A stretch of DNA of 29,465 bases from a virus. Its lineage: Duplodnaviria > Caudoviricetes. The stretch covers positions 1 through 29,465 of the IMG/VR virus record IMGVR_UViG_3300020716_000030; one strand, 5' to 3'. Positions within the stretch are counted from its first letter, which is position 1. Every line of letters starts with the position of its first letter. Below the pieces are notes generated by a model. The model was not told where the DNA came from and did no database searches. It saw only the letters and a program-made list of their open reading frames with translations. Positions 27,062 to 29,465 of the stretch are shown in pieces. The position numbers and the translations under genes are program-made.

Positions 27062-27072
27062 CACCCCCCTTT
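27043..27072 (-). terminator. Intrinsic terminator of the sheath gene, overlapping the end of the HNH-like gene
   Basis: Minus strand AAAGGGGGGTGT-TAAA-ACATCCCCTTTTTT pairs fully when G-U pairs are allowed and ends in a U-tract. Confidence 0.8.
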
Positions 27073-27095
27073 ATTCTTTTTAATATTCTTCCAAA

Positions 27096-29465
27096 TTATG
27101 CATTTTCGAATGATGCACCCGTTGGTGTAATAACAAATTCCAAATCTATAAACTCTAAAGAACGAGTAGGTTGGATGTAGATTTTACCACTCAACAAATT
27201 ATTATCCAAGTCAGAAGGATCACTAGATACCGTTACACGGAAATCTGTTAAACCTCTTTCCTTTTGTATTTGGGTTAAAATTGGATTTACTAATCTTAAG
27301 AATTCTTGTCTAACTGTATCGTCATTTTGTTCAAATAACAATCTTACAGCTACTGCAGATATTAATAATCTAGCTTGTAATAACAATCTTCTTACATTTA
27401 ATCTGTTCAAAGCTGAATCCCTAATTTGTAAAGTTTTATTACCAAAAATAATTGTACCTGTATCAGAAAATGTTGCAATTGGGTTAATTGCGTTAGTGTA
27501 AAGTAAATCTCTATCACTTTGTGTCAATTTGAAAGCTGCTTTTTTAGAATTTACTAAACCTCTAGTATAACCAGCTGACGCAAACCAAGGATATGCAACA
27601 TTATCGGTTAATGCTATATTTCTTACAACTTCACCTGTTGGTGGAATATAAATTTGTGTAGAATTATAAGTATCCAACACTTGAATCCAAGGGAAATAAA
27701 TTGCTGAATAATTACTATCATACCCTATTTTTTGGTAAGCTGAAATAACTTGTTGTGAAGTATTATAATTTGGTGAATTAATAATATAGATAGAGTCTGC
27801 TCTATCTACTTCAATCATGTCAATTGTCAAAGTTGTTAATGAAGAATGATCATTGAAATTCAAACCAGGAGTTGCAAACACATTAATGGCAACTGCTTCA
27901 GGGTTTGCAAAAGTTTGAATACCCTTGTAATAAGCGTAGTAATCAGAGTTGCCTATTCTAGAACTGAATACACCACCGTTATTTGTATTACAAGCGGTAT
28001 ACAATGGTTTACCAAAGATATAACCATCTGTATTAGTTCTTGATTGTCTGTAAATATCCCAACCATCAAACCCACCACATACTGCAAAAGTAAATTTACA
28101 ATAACTTTTATTAGTTAGAGGGTTATTGGTACCTGATTGACCTTCCAAATCATATGGAGTAGTTTCAAATAGATAGTTACCATCTGTATCAGTAATACTT
28201 GATGCATTTACTGACAAGTGGAAACCTTTCGTTTGTTGTCCAGCAGATTTTCCTTTATATTGAAATAAACTATTATCATAAGATGTAGGTTGAGCCGAAG
28301 TTGCTGAAGAGAATAGACCTAAAGTAACTTTTCTCAAAATATCACCACTTGAAATATTAGGACTACCATCAGGATTATAAGAATACACATCACCTGCATT
28401 GAAGTATTCTGTTTTATACATTACACTACCAGTTTTACCTGTTGCATCACTACCATCATTGTTATAACCTGAGAAAGTGTTATTAGCAACAAATCCTTGG
28501 AATCCAGCAGGAAACGCATCTGATGGTGCATTAGAGTCTAAACTAATCATAATATAGTTGGACTTTAATGGGAAATTACCATCTGAAGTACCAATTTTTA
28601 ATCCAATATATGTAGTTAAACTTGGATCCATATTACATCTTGTCCAAGATTCTAAAACCACCTGATTATCATCAGTATCGTTAAAATCACGAACAATTAA
28701 GTCGAAGTCACCAGTAGAAACATTAACATTCTGTATAGTTATCTTGATTTGATAGTTTGCAGAATCACCATCCGCGATTGGTAATACTTGGAACAAATTG
28801 TGAACCACACCACCTCTTGCTTCTGAAACAACAAATGGAGAAACTGGTTTAATATATTCAGTTAAGAAATCATCTTTACTATCTCCATCATCAATATGTT
28901 GATAAGTATTCATATCCAAACCTCTAACAAAACCTTGTTCATATGCATCTACTAAGAAATTATCATAAATTTCATAAACATATAATGGGAAAGTGGAATA
29001 AGATTTATCAAAAGGGGCAACACCTAAAACTTTTGAAGCATATTGACTACTTGAACTGTCCATTGATAACGTAAAAGAAGTTCCACCTGATAAAGTTGAA
29101 CCTGTTACATTTAATGTAAATTCCGCAAAAGGATTAACCTCGATGTTATTAGATGAAGTTGTCACTACATTTTGAAAAGCAGTATCACCTGCAACCTCAA
29201 GATCTAATGTATTTGTATTGTCATAATGACCTCTAGATCTTAAAGACAAAACTACGTTACCAGCATAATCACTATTAAGTTCAGCAGGGTACTTAAATCT
29301 TTCAACATTAAATGTGTTACCAGTATTGTTGTAAACAAAAATATAAGAATAAACACCATCGATTGTTGAATCGCTAGCACCCGATTGATGATAATAAACA
29401 TTATACCATTCTTTGTTATTATAATTGTTTACTGTGAAATTACCTGCAACAGGACCTTTCACTTC
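27096..29465 (-). CDS. Contractile tail sheath protein, T4 gp18-like (3' part; frame is open to the right edge)
   Basis: C-terminal sheath domain: YSAIYFPWIQV...PWFASAGYTRG...DRDLLYTNAINPI...FGNKTLQ...ALNRLNVRRLL...LFEQND...GKIYIQPTRSLEFIDLEF. Confidence 0.96.
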   Translation of the reverse strand, partial: EVKGPVAGNFTVNNYNNKEWYNVYYHQSGASDSTIDGVYSYIFVYNNTGNTFNVERFKYPAELNSDYAGNVVLSLRSRGHYDNTNTLDLEVAGDTAFQNVVTTSSNNIEVNPFAEFTLNVTGSTLSGGTSFTLSMDSSSSQYASKVLGVAPFDKSYSTFPLYVYEIYDNFLVDAYEQGFVRGLDMNTYQHIDDGDSKDDFLTEYIKPVSPFVVSEARGGVVHNLFQVLPIADGDSANYQIKITIQNVNVSTGDFDLIVRDFNDTDDNQVVLESWTRCNMDPSLTTYIGLKIGTSDGNFPLKSNYIMISLDSNAPSDAFPAGFQGFVANNTFSGYNNDGSDATGKTGSVMYKTEYFNAGDVYSYNPDGSPNISSGDILRKVTLGLFSSATSAQPTSYDNSLFQYKGKSAGQQTKGFHLSVNASSITDTDGNYLFETTPYDLEGQSGTNNPLTNKSYCKFTFAVCGGFDGWDIYRQSRTNTDGYIFGKPLYTACNTNNGGVFSSRIGNSDYYAYYKGIQTFANPEAVAINVFATPGLNFNDHSSLTTLTIDMIEVDRADSIYIINSPNYNTSQQVISAYQKIGYDSNYSAIYFPWIQVLDTYNSTQIYIPPTGEVVRNIALTDNVAYPWFASAGYTRGLVNSKKAAFKLTQSDRDLLYTNAINPIATFSDTGTIIFGNKTLQIRDSALNRLNVRRLLLQARLLISAVAVRLLFEQNDDTVRQEFLRLVNPILTQIQKERGLTDFRVTVSSDPSDLDNNLLSGKIYIQPTRSLEFIDLEFVITPTGASFENA

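Noticed and set aside
175-28043. Short ORFs in the track that overlap larger genes (175, 2620, 3526, 3758, 4200, 5983, 7822, 7886, 8135, 11335, 14251, 22988, 23373, 23797, 25466, 26721, 27846)
   Set aside because: All are antisense or out-of-frame shadows within well-supported genes and show no recognisable motifs.
1-29465. Stop-codon reassignment, suggested by the absence of TAG among the real gene stops
   Set aside because: Genes of up to 1937 aa are intact under the standard code, coding density is near complete, and TGA is used as a stop at 17999. TAA dominance fits the low GC.
11873-29465. Bacterial tailocin or extracellular contractile injection system rather than a phage
   Set aside because: The tail genes are interleaved with gp32, UvsX, gp41-like helicase, nrdAB and Seg-like endonucleases, and no cellular housekeeping context is present.

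Overview
AT-rich, gene-dense segment of a large tailed phage with a contractile tail and T4-superfamily-like modules, read in the standard code. The host is probably Bacteroidota (inference from A-rich leaders without Shine-Dalgarno sites, a TAnnTTTG element and a Flavobacterium-like NrdAB pair). All real genes but one lie on the minus strand. In transcription order: tail sheath (partial), [antisense HNH-like gene and a ~325-bp structured AT-rich spacer], tail tube, gp26-like chaperone with an unannotated +1-frame extension, tape measure, 1611-aa tube-initiator-like protein, LysM/gp53-like protein, 1937-aa hub-like protein, two small unknowns, Dps/ferritin-like protein, gp32 SSB, UvsX/RecA, 5'-3' exonuclease, unknown, DnaB/gp41 helicase, nrdB, GIY-YIG, nrdA, GIY-YIG, thioredoxin, gp25-like protein, gp6-like wedge (partial). 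Main leads: (1) a probable programmed +1/-2 frameshift at GAC-UUU-UUU-CGU-C joining the gp26-like ORF to a gp51-like extension just upstream of the tape measure gene; (2) a recurring sense-strand TATTTAT(A) motif before ten genes, the reverse complement of the T4 late promoter, which flips with gene orientation; (3) an origin-like spacer between the sheath and tube genes; (4) a repeat-plus-hairpin RNA element between gp32 and uvsX; (5) a replication/nucleotide block inserted inside the baseplate gene order. All calls come from manual motif recognition; no searches were run.
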